A DNA stretch of 63,222 bases, counting the filler, from Octopus bimaculoides (lineage: Eukaryota), in the NCBI RefSeq assembly GCF_001194135.2. It is 3 parts of 3 records of this genome, joined end to end, with 100 filler letters (N's around TTAATTAATTAA, not from the genome) between each part and the next. Parts side by side here need not be neighbours in the genome. Positions count along the whole stretch, not along the records: positions 1 to 28,426 come from NC_069007.1; 2 more parts are not named here. The stretch is one strand, 5' to 3'. Below, piece after piece: positions 10,711 to 22,280 of this stretch (positions are counted from its first letter, which is position 1; each line of letters starts with the position of its first letter). Under the pieces are notes generated by a model that did not search any database, had not been told where the DNA came from, and was given only the letters and a program-made list of their open reading frames with translations. A program made the position numbers and the translations under genes.

Positions 10711-11082
10711 CATGGTCTGATCATTAAGTATCCAGACTGTTGCCATAGTAACAAAGCTAAAGCATGCAGAGTAATGCTGCTTGGCACAGATTGACCTTGA
10801 ACTCTGCTGTGCATATGCACTAAGTTTTAACGTTCTAGCTCACTTCCATTGTTTACAGCAGTGCTTCGAAGGAAGGTGTGTAGTATGTGATTGTCACATT
10901 GACCATACTACACACCCTCCTTCCAAGCACTGCTGTAAACCGTGGAAGTGAGAGCTAGAATGTTAAAACTTAGTGCATATGCACAGCAGAGTTCAAGGTC
11001 AATCTGTGCCAAGCAGCTTCACTCTGCATGCTTTAGCTTCGTTACTGTGGCAACAGTCCGGATACTTATTGATCAGACCTCA
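10711..11082. mobile_element. Fully palindromic mariner-type MITE (~370 bp hairpin)
   Basis: GGTCTGATCATTAAGTATCCAGACTGTTGCC... vs ...GGCAACAGTCCGGATACTTATTGATCAGACC; arms pair almost to the centre at ~10895; inserted in TA/CA tract. Confidence 0.85.
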
Positions 11083-11299
11083 CACGCACACACACACACA
11101 CACACATAAAACAAGTGATAAAAGGGATTAATAAATCCAGACAGATATCTCAAAAGCATTTAGTGTTAAGCAAACTTAGTTATATTCATCAAACAATCAG
11201 ATACCAATAAATTTAAGTAGAAGGTAATTCCTCATGTATGACAAGCAGATCAAAATATTGCTTCAAAGAATTTCAAGAAATGTGGACTATATGACAATA

Positions 11300-13030
11300 T
11301 GAACAATTGATGATTATACCATACATTTTCAATGATTATTTTTATTGTTTCTATTTATAAATAGAAAAAGATGTACTAAACACCAGTCAAACCAATATAT
11401 CTGAAAACTTATGCCAACACAATGTTATCAAGGTAATACAAAACAGATTAAATTCAAAGTAAAATGAGATAATATCTCTAATACATGAATACATACAAAA
11501 AGGACATTTAGGGGAAATATAATAGTTTAAGAAAAGCCAGTTTAGTATTTAAAATTATGATGACGTTGGTAGATAATGAAAAAATAAAAATAAACATAGA
11601 CATGCTACATCACAACGTTTAGTTATGCAGTTCTTAATATATACTGAAAACATTTAGAAAAATTATGCTTAACAACTATAGTTATTTAGTATTGAAATAC
11701 TTAAATGTTCTTCTATATTTATTGGAACATTTCAATGTAAGATTGTTTCTGCAATTTAATAATTTCAATCTAGAAGTAGTTATATAATACATTTCCTCTA
11801 GCCATAGATCACATTTACAATTACCAGTATTGTATGATGGAGTGTAACTAATAATGGACCACTTTTAATCATAGTTAATATTCCTCATATTCAAATTTCA
11901 AATGCATTTGCTAAGATTCGTAAAATTACATTTTCTTCTATACTTAAATGAAGAAGAATGAAGAATGGTTATGTAATCTAGATTTCCAAATTGTAGCAGA
12001 AGAACCTATGTAATAGTATGTATGATCCCCTGCAACTATCTAACATTGATATACTTTATTCTTCCTTAAACACTGGTTTTCTAAGGGACACAATTTTGTT
12101 TATGACATTACATTGGTGTTTATTCACTCATATGTAGCACTCATGGTTAAAGGAACTAGTACCAATTCTACTCTCAGAATTAGGTGTTAAACCAGAATTA
12201 TTAGCAGTATTATATTATAATCAATATTATTTTTAGGTGTTATAATAAAGGTTTTATCAATCTCACAGTTGAAGGTACCTTCACCTAAAGTATCAAAAAC
12301 TAGTTCAAGAAAATGATTATAGGAGTTTATATCACAATTGAATAAATTTAGTACATTTCTTTATCTTTAATATCAATGAACCAATCAATTACTTCCAATA
12401 TATGCCAGTTGAAGTACCCCTGAAATTGCTGGCCTTGTGCCAAAACTTGAAATAAATATCAATATGTTTATTTCCAGTCTTATTTGCACCATTATTCTTG
12501 CTGTTACTCAGTTGCTTAAATAAAATTGTTTGATGTATTTATTTTTATTGCAATCTCAATGAAGGATCATCATATTTAATATCCTATCATTACCAGGAAT
12601 TTTATGAGCATTTTGATTCTGAATATAGTAAATTTTGTCCTTATACACAACTTCAGATAATGCATGGTTACAGTACTTTTCGTTTTATACAAATACATCC
12701 TCATTAGCAGGAAACCTCGAAATACAAGTTGATATATTTTTAATGATAGAATTTCTCATGTATCTAGGATGATTAGAATTTTTATTCATATACTTTAAGC
12801 CCTCATATGACATGGTTGGTAACATCAAGGAACTTAACCGTACTATATTAATTTTCTATGGAAATAGACAGACCAAGACACTTAAAGAATTTATAAAGAT
12901 TTTTCCAACACCTTTCGAAATTAACCTTACTAGACCTATGGATAGTGAAAAGAGTACTGTCCCTAAACATTCTACCCCCTTATTCAGGAAATTCAATATA
13001 TATACAGTTCATACAGAAAAACATTTAAGC
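11300..13030 (-). mobile_element. Decayed Penelope-like retroelement (RT C-terminus + GIY-YIG endonuclease + 3' UTR)
   Basis: Minus strand: GRMFRDSTL (decayed YRDD), FFKCLGLSISIEN*YSTVKFLDVT, YMNKNSNHP, CPLENQCLRKNKVYQC*...YYIGSS..WKSRLHNH (GIY-YIG), KWSII..TPSYN..CKCDLWLEE..LLN.RN..TLKC. Confidence 0.9.
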
Positions 13031-13460
13031 AGTAAATAACACCTTAAATATATTTGCCTTTCCTATAATAAGCATAATTTTTCTCAACTTTTTAGCATAT
13101 GTTAGTTAGTAGCTAGATAGCTAAATGTCATGATGTAGAACTTGTGTGTTTATTTTTTATTCTTTCGTTATCTGCTGACGTCATCATAAGTTTAAATACT
13201 AAACTGGCTTTACTTAGAATATTTTTTCTTCTTAACGTTCTTTTTTTATACGTTCCTTTATTAGAGATATTATCTTAGTTCACTTTGAATTTAGCCTGTT
13301 GTGTATTACCTTGATAACATTGTGCTAGCATAAGTTTTCAGATATATTGGTTTGACGGTATTTGGTACATTTTTTTTCGATATCTAAATATGCTGGAACA
13401 ATAGAAATGATCATTGCTAGTACATACAGTGTAATCATCAGCTGAAAATATAATATTCTC
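13010..13460 (+). mobile_element. Inverted 3'-end copy (pseudo-LTR) of the Penelope-like element
   Basis: Reverse complement of ~11310-11720 (AAATACTAAACTGGCTTT, TTAGAGATATTATCT, TATTACCTTGATAACATTGTG, AAGTTTTCAGATATATTGGTTTGA). Confidence 0.85.
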
Positions 13461-13854
13461 CATTTTTTGTTCATGTTGTTATATATATATATATATATAT
13501 ATAAATATCAGCTATATATATATATAACATATAAATTTCAACTATATATATATATANNNNNNNNNNNNNNNNNNNNNNNNNNNNNNNNNNNNNNNNNNNN
13601 NNNNNNNNNNNNNNNNNNNNNNNNNNNNNNNNNNNNNNNNNNNNNNNNNNNNNNNNNNNNNNNNNNNNNNNNNNNNNNNNNNNNNNNNNNNNNNNNNNNN
13701 NNNNNNNNNNNNNNNNNNNNNNNNNNNNNNNNNNNNNNNNNNNNNNNNNNAAACACAAAGACAGGTGTATGAACAACAAGCAAGTATATTAGTTTGATGC
13801 TCAGGAAAATGAAAAAGTCTTTTACATTTTGAGCCTACATACACATATATGCAT

Positions 13855-13912
<58 letters not shown>

Positions 13913-13919
<7 letters not shown>

Positions 13920-14089
13920 AGGCAAGGAAGAAAATGGAGAAGAGATTCAATTGACAAACATCAGTATGATTTATTTATTATAATAATAGGAATAAACATT
14001 TATTTATTTATTTCTAAGATTATAATAAATGGATCTTACTGTTGTTTGTCAATTGAATCCCTGTTCCATTTTCTTTCTTGCCTTATATA
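13913..14089. repeat. Palindromic MITE-like element, ~50-bp arms
   Basis: TATAAGGCAAGGAAGAAAATGGAAGAGATTCAATTGACAAACATCAGTA vs TACTGTTGTTTGTCAATTGAATCCCTGTTCCATTTTCTTTCTTGCCTTATA. Confidence 0.8.
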
Positions 14090-14279
14090 AATTCTGGATA
14101 AACTTTTGCTTACCTCCACTTGTACCTATTATTCAATTATACTATTGCTTTGCAACAGTAAGCATTTGGATATAAATATGTATCCCTCCAGTAGTATATT
14201 AGATATTTATTATCCCTTAGATGGTTGTCTAACCGCTAACTCATATATACTTATATATATATATCATCATCATCATCAT

Positions 14280-14328
<49 letters not shown>

Positions 14329-14330
<2 letters not shown>

Positions 14331-15175
14331 GGGTGTGATGGGTAAATTATTGCTGTTTTATATTTTTAATTTTACGCATGTGCGTTGTTTGTTTTTGATT
14401 TTGTCAATTACACAGTATAATAGGGTCAGTTAGGCACTGTCTGTGAGAAAAACAGCACCATGATGCAATTCACTCTGCCAGAAATTTGGAAACGACATGC
14501 AGTACTACTTGGAATTTGTGTCGGAAGCTCCAATATGAACATTTCAGTGTGTTTGGGTATCAATCTGAGGACATATACTGAGAGTGATAAAAATCAAACA
14601 TCCAGTCAACATCATGGTGTTTGGAGTGATCACTAGTGATGGCAACGTTATACTTACATTCATCTTCCCACATGGCCTCAGACTCGGCATGGAGGTCTAC
14701 ATCAAGTGCCTGGAGGAGATAGTGCTGCCCTGGATCAAGTGGGTGGTTACTAGAAGACTCTATGTCTGGCAACAGGACTCTGCACCATGCCACACAAGCA
14801 GGAGAACCCAGTCATGGCTGCCAGACAATTTCTGCAACCACATTAGCCTCTAACATCTGGCCCCCTAACTCCCCAGACTGCAACCCCCTTGATTATTATG
14901 TGTGGGGCGCAGCTGAGCGAGAGATCAACAAAACTCCTTGTAACACCAAAGATGAACTGAAGGCAAGGATTATGGCAGCATTCACCAACTTAAACAAAGA
15001 GACTGTCCAAGAGTTTTGCAGGAGATTCTCGAGTCATCTGTAGGCCTCAGTCGTAGCCAATAGCAATTTTATTGAATAAATTTACTCTTTAGTATTTCAA
15101 GATATTTTTATGTAATTTTGCTAAATATTTCTCTTAAAATGAGATGTCAGCATTATTTTCATTTTTGCATAATTT
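14329..15175 (+). mobile_element. Tc1/mariner maT (DD37D) transposon, internally deleted, 3' TIR lost in gap
   Basis: Starts CAGGGTG after TA tract; peptide MVFGVITSDG..FIF..WQQDSAPCH..W..(frameshift)..NIWPPNSPDCNPLDYYVW; 37 residues between the last two catalytic D after correcting one extra base at ~14848. Confidence 0.9.
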
Positions 15176-15376
15176 NNNNNNNNNNNNNNNNNNNNNNNNN
15201 NNNNNNNNNNNNNNNNNNNNNNNNNNNNNNNNNNNNNNNNNNNNNNNNNNNNNNNNNNNNNNNNNNNNNNNNNNNNNNNNNNNNNNNNNNNNNNNNNNNN
15301 NNNNNNNNNNNNNNNNNNNNNNNNNNNNNNNNNNNNNNNNNNNNNNNNNNNNNNNNNCGCTGTGTGTGTGTGTGTG

Positions 15377-15408
<32 letters not shown>

Positions 15409-15411
<3 letters not shown>

Positions 15412-15620
15412 GGGTGTGCTGAAAAGTTCCTGTCTTCGGGGAAAAGAAAATACAGGAGGATCAGTTAATTATGATTTTATTCAACATATTCCCCTCTCAG
15501 AGTCATACATTTATTGCAGTGGTCCTGCAGTTTTTCTAAGCCCTGTAAAAGAACTCAGAAGGTTGATCCTCCAACTAGGCCTTTTGCAATACCCTTAAAG
15601 CCAGGAACTTTTCAGCAACC

Positions 15621-15624
<4 letters not shown>
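15409..15624. mobile_element. Mariner-type MITE
   Basis: TIRs AGGGTGTGCTGAAAAGTTCCTG and CAGGAACTTTTCAGCAACCCCT. Confidence 0.85.
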
Positions 15625-15671
<47 letters not shown>

Positions 15672-15679
15672 ATATTTAT

Positions 15680-15990
15680 TACATGTTTCAGTCATTTGAC
15701 TGTGGCCATGCTTTGAAGGATTTTTAGTCAAATAAATTGACCCCAGGACTTAGCTTTTTTTAAAAGCCTGGTACTTATTCTTTTACTAGACCACTAAGTT
15801 ATGGGGATGTAAACACTCCAACTGGTTTTCAAGTGGTGACAGGAGACAAATACAGAAACAAACAGACACACACACACATACAATGGGTTTCTTTCACTTT
15901 CCATCTACTAAATCCATTCACAAGTCTTTGGTCCAGGATTATAGTAGAAGGCACTTACCTAAGGTGCCATACACAGGACTGAACCCAGAA
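15680..15990 (-). mobile_element. Dominant SINE copy
   Basis: GTTTCAGTCATTTGACTGTGGCCATGCT...ATAGTAGAAGGCACTTACCTAAGGTGCC. Confidence 0.8.
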
Positions 15991-15999
15991 CCCCAAAAA

Positions 16000-16655
16000 A
16001 TGTAATTCTACAAATCTTAGTGAATGCATTGGGAAAGACAGAAACATTAACTATGATATAAAGTGATCCATTATTAGTTACACTCCATCATACAATAGTG
16101 GTAATTTTAAATGTGGTCTATGCCTAGAGGAAATGTATCATATAATTACTTGTAATTTAGAATTATTAAATTACAGAAGCAATCATACATTGAAATGTTC
16201 CAATAAATATGGAAAAGCATTAAAATGTTTCAATAGTAAATAATGCCTTAATTATATTTGCTTTTCCTATAATCTAATAGGAATAATTTTTCTAATTGTC
16301 TTCAGCATACATTAATAGTGAGATAATTAAATGTCATGATGTAGAATTTCTGTTTATTTTTCATTTTCTTTGTTATCTACTGGTGTCATCATGAGTTTGA
16401 AATACTAAACTGGCATTTCTTAAAATATTATATTTCTTCTTAACGTGCTTTTTGTATGTGTTCATGTATTAGAGATATCATCTCAGTTCACTTAAACAAA
16501 GAGCCTGTTTTGTATTACCTTGATAACATTGTGTTGGCATACGTTTTCATATATATCGGTTTGATTGGTATCTCATACCTTTTGTTCTATATTTAAACAT
16601 GCTGGCACAATAGAAATGATCATTGGTAATCTATGGTGTAATCATCAATAAAAGA
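16000..16655 (+). mobile_element. 5'-truncated Penelope-like copy (GIY-YIG C-terminus + 3' UTR)
   Basis: NINYDIK*SIISYTPSYNSGNFKCGLCLEEMYHI..LLNYRSNHTLKC; UTR homologous to 11310-11880 (rc) and 13040-13460. Confidence 0.85.
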
Positions 16656-16861
16656 TGGTATTTTCTCCATTCTTGATCTCTTTTACCCCTTTTTATATAT
16701 ACATACACACACATATATATATGTATGCATATATATGTATGTATATATATGTATGTATGTATNNNNNNNNNNNNNNNNNNNNNNNNNNNNNNNNNNNNNN
16801 NNNNNNNNNNNNNNNNNNNNNNNNNNNNNNNNNNNNNNNNNNNNNNNNNNNNNNNNNNNNN

Positions 16862-16995
16862 NATGTGTAAAATTTGAATGAAATTGGTTGTGTAGTTCTC
16901 GAGTTTTAGAGATTCACACACACAGACAGACAGACAGCCAGCCAGCCAGACAGACAGACAGACACACATTCTCATTTTAATATATATATATAGAT
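16862..16995 (+). mobile_element. Helentron/HINE-like 3' fragment
   Basis: AAAATTTGAATGAAATTGGTTGTGTAGTT followed by (ACAG)n and CATTTTAATATAT, the typical HINE/DINE-1-like layout. Confidence 0.5.
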
Positions 16996-17058
16996 ATATA
17001 TGTATGTATATATATGTGTGTATTTATATATATGTATGTATATATATATGTGTGTATT

Positions 17059-17104
<46 letters not shown>

Positions 17105-17189
17105 TGTATGTATAATGTATATATATGTATGTATGTTTGTATATATATGTATGTATGTTTGTATATATTTGTATGTATGTATGTTTATA

Positions 17190-17263
<74 letters not shown>

Positions 17264-17267
<4 letters not shown>

Positions 17268-17421
17268 TTCAAAACTTATGAAAACAAGACATTTGTACTA
17301 CAGAGCCAGAAGCAGTTGGTAACGAAAGGGTTAAGAATTTTTTCTCTATTATATATTTTAGTCCTTTTGTTACCATATTTCTGTTGAGATGCTTTGTGCT
17401 TCTTTCAATTAACTTTAAATA
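17264..17421. mobile_element. piggyBac-type MITE junction fragment (3' half + spacer + 5' half)
   Basis: ...AAAGGG TTAA GAATTTTTTCTCTATTATATATT TTAG TCCTTTTGTTACC...; same as 18040-18210. Confidence 0.75.
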
Positions 17422-17640
17422 GAAACAGATGAAGGTTGGTGACAGGAAGAGCATCTTGCTGTAGAAAATCTCTCTCAATGGATTTCATTTGACTCATGAA
17501 AGCATGAGAAATTAGTAAAATGACAATGATGATAATATATATATATATAATGTACTGTTCTGTGACGGTAAGATCAACAAAAAAAGTACTTGATCTAGTG
17601 AGAGATAACTGTCATTTAATAGACACAATTCATGTTTTTA

Positions 17641-17696
17641 TGTACTAGTAATAATTTCATATGTTGAGAAATACCTCAAACATATCATCAGACACA
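17641..17696 (-). ncRNA. Decayed type I hammerhead (left arm of inverted pair)
   Basis: TGTGT-CTGATGA-TATGTTTGAG..CTCAACATAT-GAAAT-TATTA-CTA-GTACA. Confidence 0.55.
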
Positions 17697-17812
17697 AACC
17701 ACATATCCTTTCAGTGTCAATAAAATAAGTACCAGTTGAGCACTGGGGTGGAGGTGGGGGTCCCAAACTTGCTGAATAAAGTGTGTGTGTGTGTGTGTTA
17801 TGAAAGGTGGTT

Positions 17813-17872
17813 TGTGCCTGATGAATATGTTTGAGGAGGTATTTCTCAGCATATAAAACTATTAGTAGCACA
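17813..17872 (+). ncRNA. Type I hammerhead with G12>A (right arm of inverted pair)
   Basis: TGTGC-CTGATGA-ATATG..CATAT-AAAAC-TATTA-GTA^GCACA; helix I and helix II each 5 perfect bp. Confidence 0.7.
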
Positions 17873-17897
17873 TAAAAACGTGTATTGTGCCTATTAA

Positions 17898-18365
17898 CCT
17901 TTTTGTTACCGTATTTCTGTTGAGATGTACTGTGTTTCTTTCAATTAATTTTAAATATAACAAAGAATTTAGTAAAATAACTTAGTTATCATTAAGCCAG
18001 TGTTAGGAACATAAATTGTTACTAAGGTTTGGTGGAAGATTTTAATTCAATACTTATTAAAACAAGACATTTGTACTACAGAGCCAGAGCCGGTTTCAGC
18101 CAGTTTAGTATCTAAAGGGTTAAGAATTGTTTCTCTATCATATATTTTAACCCTTTTGTTACCGTATTTCTGTTGAGATGTTCTGTGTTTCTTTCAATTA
18201 ATTTGAAATATAACAAAAAATTTGGTAAAATAACTTAGTTATCATTCAGCTAGTGTTAGGAACATAAATTACGACTAAGGTTTGGTGGAAGATTTTAATT
18301 CAGAACTTTTGAAAACAAGACATTTGTACTCAGAGCCAGTTTCAGTTGGGTTGGTATCAAAAGGG
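17898..18365. mobile_element. Two tandem piggyBac-type MITEs (17898-18119, 18151-18365)
   Basis: Each bounded by TTAA|CC(C)TTT ... AAAGGG|TTAA; ~85% similar; partial copy at ~23668-23830. Confidence 0.85.
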
Positions 18366-18397
18366 TTAAATAATGTGTGTGTGTGTGTGTTTTAACA

Positions 18398-18545
18398 ACT
18401 GGCAGAATTGTTAACATGCCAGGCGAAATGCTTACCAGTATTTTGTCCATCTTTATGTTCTGAAATCAAATTCTGCCTAGGTTGACTTTGCTTTTGATCC
18501 TTTCTGGGTCAATAAAATAAGTACCAGTTGAGTACTGGGGCTTAA
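18398..18545 (+). mobile_element. tRNA-derived SINE, Meta-domain-like family
   Basis: CTGGCAGAATTGTTAACATGCC head, TGAAATCAAATTC B-box remnant, GGGTCAATAAAATAAGTACCAGTTGAGTACTGGGG; domain name from memory, needs SINEBase/Repbase check. Confidence 0.8.
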
Positions 18546-19130
18546 TGTTATTAGGTTACATGAATTATTATATACAGTTTCACAGGAGAGATTTTGTATA
18601 ACATATTTTGAGAAATAGCAAACGAATCTCCCTCAAACAACCCTTTACAGTCTGTGAAGAAAGAAGAGGAAGAGCATAAAATCATTGAAAAGTAGTAATA
18701 GGGGGTGAAGAGGAATTGTGGGAAATTGAACGAGAGCAGGAGGGGGTGGTGGGATTAAACAGCTTTCTAAACTGTGTTGTCCCTAACTTAAACCCTCCAT
18801 TTTCTATTCTCCCACCTTCAGTGATTCTTTTAANNNNNNNNNNGGGGGGGGGGGGGCGAAGACATTCTTTAATATTACTTTGTCTTTCTCTCTTTTGCCG
18901 TCTTCCTGTGTTTTACTGTCATTGGCAGCAGTTTGTTAGCAGTTTTATTGCAGTGTGAGGTTTTCTTATACACATACGCAATCCGCCTGTCTCGGGTATG
19001 TTACAAGCCAACAATGGAGACCTGTTCAAGGTAGATATACCTAATAGAAACAGCAGCCAAAAACTCCCCTTAATCACATCTACTGTCTTTTGTATGTATG
19101 GAGATTTCTGTATTGCATGATGTGGTAGAT

Positions 19131-19474
19131 CAGGGGTCTCAACCATTCTTTACCTATGGACCCCTTTGATTACTATTTTATTCTAGTGGACCCCTTTTGC
19201 CATTTGATGCTTAAAAACTAGTTTTACAGATGCTTCTTTCAAAATTCCTATTTTGTTTTTCATCCATTAATTTGTGTTGGTTGAACTATGTAAAATGTTA
19301 CAGAAAGGAACCTAACTGTAATACATACCAATACATACATCTGAAGCAAAATTGTTTTCAGGGGCCCTTAAAATACTATTGTGGACAAGTTACTAATTTG
19401 TTACATGAACCCGACCACCAAATCTTATATGGACCCTCAGGAGTCATATGGAGCTATACGGTTGAGAACCACTG
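19131..19474. mobile_element. hAT (Charlie-like) MITE
   Basis: TIRs CAGGGGTCTCAAC and GTTGAGAACCACTG; 8-bp flanks TGGTAGAT and TACTAGAT resemble the NTCTAGAN target. Confidence 0.85.
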
Positions 19475-19671
19475 TACTAGATAAAATAGCCAAATCATCA
19501 TTTCACATGCTATGTTCATGTGTATATATGAACCAATTAGTGAGTCTCTACATATCTTGGCCTGTTAGAAACAGTAGGCAAATCTCCCTCAAATTATAGC
19601 CTACTAGCATATGTGTGTATACCTGCATATAATCTAATGAGAGAGCCTTCTACATGATAGTTAGACTTGAC

Positions 19672-19702
<31 letters not shown>

Positions 19703-20136
19703 GGTAAGTGGTAGGTTTGCCTCGATCCTTCAGGGGTAGTCACATATATATATATATATATTCTTTGTTTTGCACACATGCTCTCACACACACACACACA
19801 CACACACATACACAAACATTTCCATTAAGATTACATTCCTTTTCACACTTCCCTCCCCTTCCTCACATAGGAGTGACCCTCAACACAAACAACACAAACC
19901 CTTCCTGGTTATGTAAACAATGAGCCTGATATGGTTCAATAGAAGCAGAACAGCCTGTTTCCCAAACATAAAGGGCCTGGCCAGACCTTATAACAATATA
20001 CATTTCTGCAAACACACACTGTATGGCGCCACCATGTCTAATCATCGAACAAAGAAAAACTAGCAGAAAGAGCTAAAAATCTTGGTTCTTAAAGCCTGCT
20101 GATCTCAAACATGGTAACCTAATGTACATACATTCT

Positions 20137-20332
20137 TTTATTCTTTTACTTGTCTCTGTCATTTGACTGTGGTCATGCTGGAGCACTGCCTTTAGTCGAA
20201 CAAACCGACCCCAGGACTTATTCTTTGTAAGCCTAGTACTTATTCTATTGGTCTATTTTGCTGAACCATTAAGTTAGAGGGATATAAACACACCGACATT
20301 GGTTGTCAAACGATGGTTGGGGGACAAAGATA

Positions 20333-20363
<31 letters not shown>

Positions 20364-20800
20364 GTTTAACGTCCGCTTTCCATGCTAGCATGGGTTGGAC
20401 GATTTGACTGAGGACTGGTGAAACCGGATGGCAACACCAGGCTCCAATCTAATTTGGCAGAGTTTCTACAGCTGGATGCCCTTCCTAACGCCAACCACTC
20501 AGAGAGTGTAGTGGGTGCTTTTACGTGTCACCTGCATGAAGGCCAGTCAGGCGGTACTGGCAACGGCCACGCTCAAAATGGTGTCTTTTACGTGCCACCC
20601 GCACAAGAGCCAGTCCAGGGGCACTGGCAACGATCTTGCTCGAAAATCCTACGAAGGCCAGTCAGGCAGTACCAAATCCACTCATAAGGCTTTGGTCGGC
20701 CCGAGGCTATAGTAGAAGACACCTGTCGAAGGTGCTATACAGTGGGACTAAACCAGGAACCATGTGTTTGGGAAGCAAGCTTCTTACCACACAGCCAAGC
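20137..20800 (-). mobile_element. Dominant SINE split by a nested (ATG)n-tailed SINE at ~20333-20672
   Basis: Tail half 20137-20330, head half 20672-20800; insert has CAGCTGGATGCCCTTCCTAACGCCAACC core and (CAT)n tail. Confidence 0.85.
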
Positions 20801-21277
20801 CTACACCTATACATATATAAACTGGCACTCTGATGATGGTTCTAGTTGATCCAGTCAATGGAACAGCTGAGGGTTCCAGTTGATCTGATCAAATGGAACA
20901 ACCTGCTTATGAAGTTAATGTGTGTGTGTGTATGTGTATGTGAATGTTGGCCTTGTATGCATGTGTGGTTGTACATTGGTACATTGTAGGCACGTGTCTC
21001 TATGTCTGTGTCTTGAACTTATACATTTGTAGAAAATTATATGAGTTTATATTGAATGACCTTTGACACCTATGTTGCTTATCTTTTCATTTCTCTACAA
21101 GGTGTTACCAATTTCACATTGGGTCATAACCCATTCTTACTTTTCCAATTCTTGGTGTGATTTTTCAAGAATTGTATTAAAATACTGACCATCACAATAC
21201 ACTCTATTCCCCTCCCCTCCCTTTCATACACTTCCTGCTTTTTCTGTCTTCTCCCTCGCCTACTTACATTTATGCAT

Positions 21278-21624
21278 TTATTACCTTTGCTTTAGGGGGG
21301 TATTGTTTGTTTGTCTCTGGACAAGATATCTCAAGAACAGCTGGATGGATTCAGATCAAACTTTCAGGGATGTTTGGCCTCATGACTGGCACGAACTGAT
21401 TAAATTTTGGGATCGATCCAGTACCAGACAAGAATACTGGTTTATTTTTCCGGCTTTTTTACTTAATTTTTGAGAGCGGTCGGGTTTATTTTTAGTATTC
21501 ACGTTTGTGAAAGCAGTCGAGTTTATTTCAGATATCCTCATTTTAAAAATCATCTCCGGCTAATCATTGAGAGGACATTGGTATTGCCTTGGTGGAGGTT
21601 TGTGCTCTCTGAGTGCTCTTGTTT
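21278..21624 (+). mobile_element. Helentron-associated non-autonomous element (HINE-like)
   Basis: 5' TTATTACCTTTGC.., GTTTGTTTGT tract, GGATGGATTCAGATCAAACTTTCAGG, 3' GCCTTGGTGGAGGTTTGTGCTCTCTGAGTGCTCTTGTT. Confidence 0.65.
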
Positions 21625-21840
21625 ATCATTTAATTCATTTTATTCACATATTTTTCCATTGATTTTCATTTTCATTTTTATTTTNNNNNNNNNNNNNNNN
21701 NNNNNNNNNNNNNNNNNNNNNNNNNNNNNNNNNNNNNNNNNNNNNNNNNNNNNNNNNNNNNNNNNNNNNNNNNNNNNNNNNNNNNNNNNNNNNNNNNNNN
21801 NNNNNNNNNNNNNNNNNNNNNNNNNNNNNNNNNNNNNNNN

Positions 21841-22243
21841 GACTGTGGCTATGCTGGAGCACCGCCTTTAGTCGAGCAAATCGACCCCAGGACTTATTCT
21901 TTGGAAGCCTAGTACTTATTCTATCGGTCTCTTTTGCCGAACCGCTAAGTTACAGGGATGTAAACACACCAGCATCGGTTGTCAAGCAATGTTGGGGGGA
22001 CAAATACAGACACATAAACACATACACACATATATATATATATACATATATATGACGGGCTTCTTTCAGTTTCCGTCTACCAAATCCACTTACAAGGCTT
22101 TGGTCAGCCCGAGGCTATAGTAGAAGACACTTGCCCAAGATGCCACGCAGTAGGACTGAACCCGGAACCATGTGGTTGGTAAGCAAGCTACTTACCAACC
22201 ATGTGGTTGGTAAGCAAGCTACTTACCACACTGCCACTCCTGC

Positions 22244-22245
<2 letters not shown>
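21841..22245 (-). mobile_element. Young copy of dominant SINE with 31-bp tandem duplication in head
   Basis: Near-consensus; ACCATGTGGTTGGTAAGCAAGCTACTTACCA repeated at 22167-22197 and 22198-22228. Confidence 0.9.
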
Positions 22246-22280
<35 letters not shown>

